Assembly: GCA_046563655.1 (NCBI GenBank)
Contig: CM102288.1
Location: 3,286,001-3,350,000 of the forward strand
From: Yuukianura sp. NJ FZ-2021
Taxonomy: Eukaryota
Reading direction: 5' to 3'
Length of the DNA: 64,000 bases
Shown here: positions 61,001 to 64,000 of the stretch, piece after piece
Layout of the letters: each line of letters opens with the position of its first letter
How positions within the stretch are numbered: position 1 is the stretch's first letter
Position numbers and translations under genes: made by a program
Notes under the pieces: model-generated
The model's database searches: none
Seen by the model: the letters and a program-made list of their open reading frames with translations, nothing else
Told to the model about the DNA's origin: nothing

Positions 61001-64000
61001 ATGGCGGGGGAAAGTGGAACTGAAATTTCAAAAAGTTTGGAATGCCGCCATGAGTGTTGTAGAGGTGGTCATGTTCATCCTGCTTCTTCCTCATTCTGGA
61101 CCACTTCTGGTTTTGAAATTTTGAAGCATGTTTGAATGAGTTTGTTTTAAGAAGTGGAATTGGTGGGGGGAGTATGAGGGGAGATCGACTGCTTTTCAAT
61201 ACGATTTGCTGCAAGATTTTTTTAAAAAACACAAGCAAGAATTCCTTGCAGAAAATAGGGACGAACATTTTCTGCAAGCTTTTTTCTTGCAGAGAACGGA
61301 GGCGTTGTTATAAGAAGTTTGCGCAAAATCGAGCCGTTGTTATAAAAAACATGCGGAAAATCCAGATGTTGTTATAAAAAGCTTGCGGAAAATCGATGCG
61401 TTGTTATAAAAAGATTTCGGAAAATCGAGACGTTGTTATAAGAAACATGCGGAAAATTTGAGGAATTGGAATTTTAAAAAATTCAGCAGAAATTCAACTT
61501 TTGGATATATTTGCCTTGCCGAGGATTCAAGCGTACTCTACCGTCTTGAAATGTTGGTCTCGTGAAAAATTGACCTGTTCTCTAACTTTTTGACGTGACC
61601 AAATTTTTAAAAATTCACTTGTACACTTACTTTTTGAGGATTTGGAATTTTGAAAAATTCAGCTGAAATTCAACTTTTGGATATATTTGCCTTGCCGAGG
61701 ATTCACGCGTACTCTACCGTCTTGAAATGTTGGTCTCGTGAAAAATTGACCTGTTCTCTAACTTTTTGACGTGACCAATATTTTAAAAATTCACTTGTAC
61801 ACTTACTTTTTGAGGATTTGGAATTTTGAAAAATTCAGCTGAAATTCAACTTTTGGATATATTTGCCTTGCCGAGGATTCAAGCGTACTCTACCGTCTTG
61901 AAATGTTGGTCTCGTGAAAAATTGACCTGTTCTCTAACTTTTTGACGTGACCAAATTTTTAAAAATTCACTTGTACACTTACTTTTTGAGGATTTGGAAT
62001 TTTGAAAAATTCAGCTGAAATTCAACTTTTGGATATATTTGCCTTGCGGAGGATTCACGCGTACTCTACCGTCTTGAAGTGTTGGTCTCGTGAAAAATTG
62101 ACCTGTTCTCTAACTTTTTGACGTGACCAATATTTTAAAAATTCACTTGTACACTTACTTTTTGAGGATTTGGAATTTTGAAAAATTCAGCTGAAATTCA
62201 ACTTTTGGATATATTTGCCTTGCCGAGGATTCACGCGTACTCTACCGTCTTGAAATGTTGGTCTCGTCAAAAATTGACCTGTTCTCTAACTTTTTGACGT
62301 GACCAAATTTTTAAAAATGCACTTGTACACTTACTTTTTGAGGATTTGGAATTTTGAAAAATTCAGCTGAAATTCAACTTTTGGATTTATTTGCCTTGCC
62401 GAGGATTCACGCGTACTCTACCGTCTTGAAATGTTGGTCTCGTGAAAAACTGACCTGTTCTCTAACTTTTTGACGTGACAAAAATTTTTGACAAAATCTA
62501 ACTTTTACGTTTACTTTTCGAAGAATTCTAACTTGGGAAAATTCAGCTGTCGTAAAATCTTAAAAGTGAATTATAATTTATAACAACGTCTCGATTCTCC
62601 GCAAGTTTCCTATAACAGCGGCTCGATTCTTCGCAAGCTTTTTATAACCTCGGCTCGATTCTCCGCAAGCTTCTTACAACAGCGCTTCGATTCTTCGCAA
62701 GCTTTTTATAACAGCTCCTCGATTTTCCGCAAGCTTCTTATAACAACGTCTCGATTTCTGCAAGAAAAAAACTTGCATAAAATGTTCGTTTTGATTTTCT
62801 GCAAGGAAATTTAATTGTGTTTTTTAAAAAAAGCTTGCAGCAAATCGCGTTGAACAGCAGTCGATCTCCCCTCATAGGGGAGAGGCAAAATGAGCAGTTG
62901 AACAGCGAAAAATCGTGGATTAACAAGAGAAGTTCCTGTTTTTGTGAGGGTTTGACTGAATGTTTGGTTGGTTGTGATTAGAAAGAGGCTCTTGACATTC
63001 CTAAGCTGACAGTTTGGAATGAAGATTCTTTTTAAGCGCAAAAAGAAAAACCAAACTTGAGCTTGATGAATTTATGGTTTCACTTTTCCTTTTTCTACTT
63101 TGTATACTTGCAAGTTTTTCTTTGAAATTGAAACTTCCTTAAATTCCAAATTTCTTGACTTCAATTTGTTTTGTTTGGTTTTAATTTAGAACGGATTTAC
63201 GAGGATCATGAGAACATGGTTGAGAACCTGCTGATGTGGACACGTGACTCGAAGAACAAGATCTACTTTGTAGAGCGAGAAGACAAGTACGACATGTTCA
63301 ACAATCCACAGCGCTACTTGAGCCACGGCGGTGCTGGACCAGGAACTGTTCTGGATGATCATGGCAAAAGGAACTTGGTGGATGAATTTTATGCCCATGG
63401 CCACGGTGTTCCGGAAGTAGAAAGTTGTCTCTACCTCAAAGCAGAGGGCAAGAAGGCTTGGAAGAAGTTTTCCTTTGTACTCCGTGCCTCTGGCGTCTAC
63501 TACTTTCCCAAGGGAAAGGCCCATGCTAACCCTTCCAAGGACTTGGTCTGTCTTGCCACCATTGATCACAACATACAAGTAAGGAACCAACCCTAACGTA
63601 ATTTTCAAACTTTTCAAAACACTTTTCAAACAAATGCTTCCGGTCGACTCTCCTTCGACGAAGCGTCTGTTGCTTTGTTTGAGTTACAGTTTTCAGTTTT
63701 CCCGGGAAAACGGAAATTTCGAACTGCGAAAAGACGCTGATATGTCGGGGAAAAGTTTTTGAATGCAGAATGCTGAACTTCATTGAAAAATTTAATTTTA
63801 TCTTAACTTTGTTTTTGAATTGAACTCATTTTGGAACTTTCTTTTTCGTTTTTTAGGCTTACGAGGGCGTTGGATGGAGAAAAAAGTTCAAGGCACCGAC
63901 GGAATTTGGATTTGTGCTAAAACCAGCCCGGCTTCAGGTCAAGTCACATCGACACATGAAGTACCTCTGTGCAGAGGATATCGAGACCCTTAAGTCCTGG
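43046..64000 (+). CDS. pico: MRL-family adaptor (pico/lamellipodin RAPH1/RIAM/MIG-10), RA + PH domains; continues beyond window end
   Basis: In-phase exons 43046-43261, 58040-58304, 58395-58567, 60726-60948, 63190-63578, 63857-end; RTESPDNDSGFSD, KAEKIRVALAKM...LYVKAFSPDGSSKAL, ERIYEDHENMVENLLMWTRDSKNK, LYLKAEGKKAWKK...LRASGVYY. Confidence 0.93.
48229..48642 (+). CDS. Candidate alternative first exon of MRL gene
   Basis: 138 codons from ATG ending at phase-0 donor ACG/GTTAGT, compatible with the 58040 acceptor. Confidence 0.6.
55402..55521 (+). CDS. Candidate alternative first exon of MRL gene
   Basis: MPPGVSGSAGRLATPSQQQNQMQLGLGDSDDSEDEGFSPV, 40 codons, phase-0 donor GTG/GTAAAA, upstream in-frame stop. 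Confidence 0.55.
61175..62874. mobile_element. Mariner-like non-autonomous element (1.7 kb) with long TIRs and internal satellite
   Basis: TA-TGAGGGGAGATCGACTGC ... GCAGTCGATCTCCCCTCA-TA; ~280-bp imperfect TIRs including ~31-bp GTTGTTATAA subrepeats. Confidence 0.9.
61457..62550. repeat. 176-bp tandem repeat x~6
   Basis: CAACTTTTGGAT starts at 61495, 61671, 61847, 62023, 62199, 62375 (period 176). Confidence 0.95.

Overview
Eukaryotic, AT-rich, short-intron genomic DNA, most likely from an arthropod (inferred from the Shaw, B52 and pico-type genes; species not determinable). The first ~33 kb is gene-dense: POLR1B (partial), MICOS10, an orphan secreted Gly/Pro-rich protein, FBPase, TAMM41, a divergent truncated CNOT1-derived gene, IFT80, a Shaw/Kv3 channel, a B52/SRp55 SR-protein gene hosting two SNORD2/snR39B-like C/D snoRNAs, and DCTN5. 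The last ~30 kb is mostly the 5' part of one MRL-family (pico/lamellipodin/RIAM) gene with several candidate alternative first exons. Four non-autonomous DNA transposons and one short poly(A) retro-insertion are delimited by TIRs and/or TSDs. Most notable: (1) the ATG-containing exon of the SR gene is complementary along most of its length to its downstream intron, giving a long nested duplex plus a possible pseudoknot; (2) a ~713-aa protein that appears built from the NOT1 connector domain and half of the NOT1 SH domain; (3) duplicated alternative first exons in IFT80, with an RFX X-box only before the proximal one; (4) a snoRNA whose second guide seems to target 28S rRNA next to its first target; (5) a perfect 15-bp bridge between the ends of a Shaw intron. 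Homology calls come from manual translation and remembered family motifs, not database searches.
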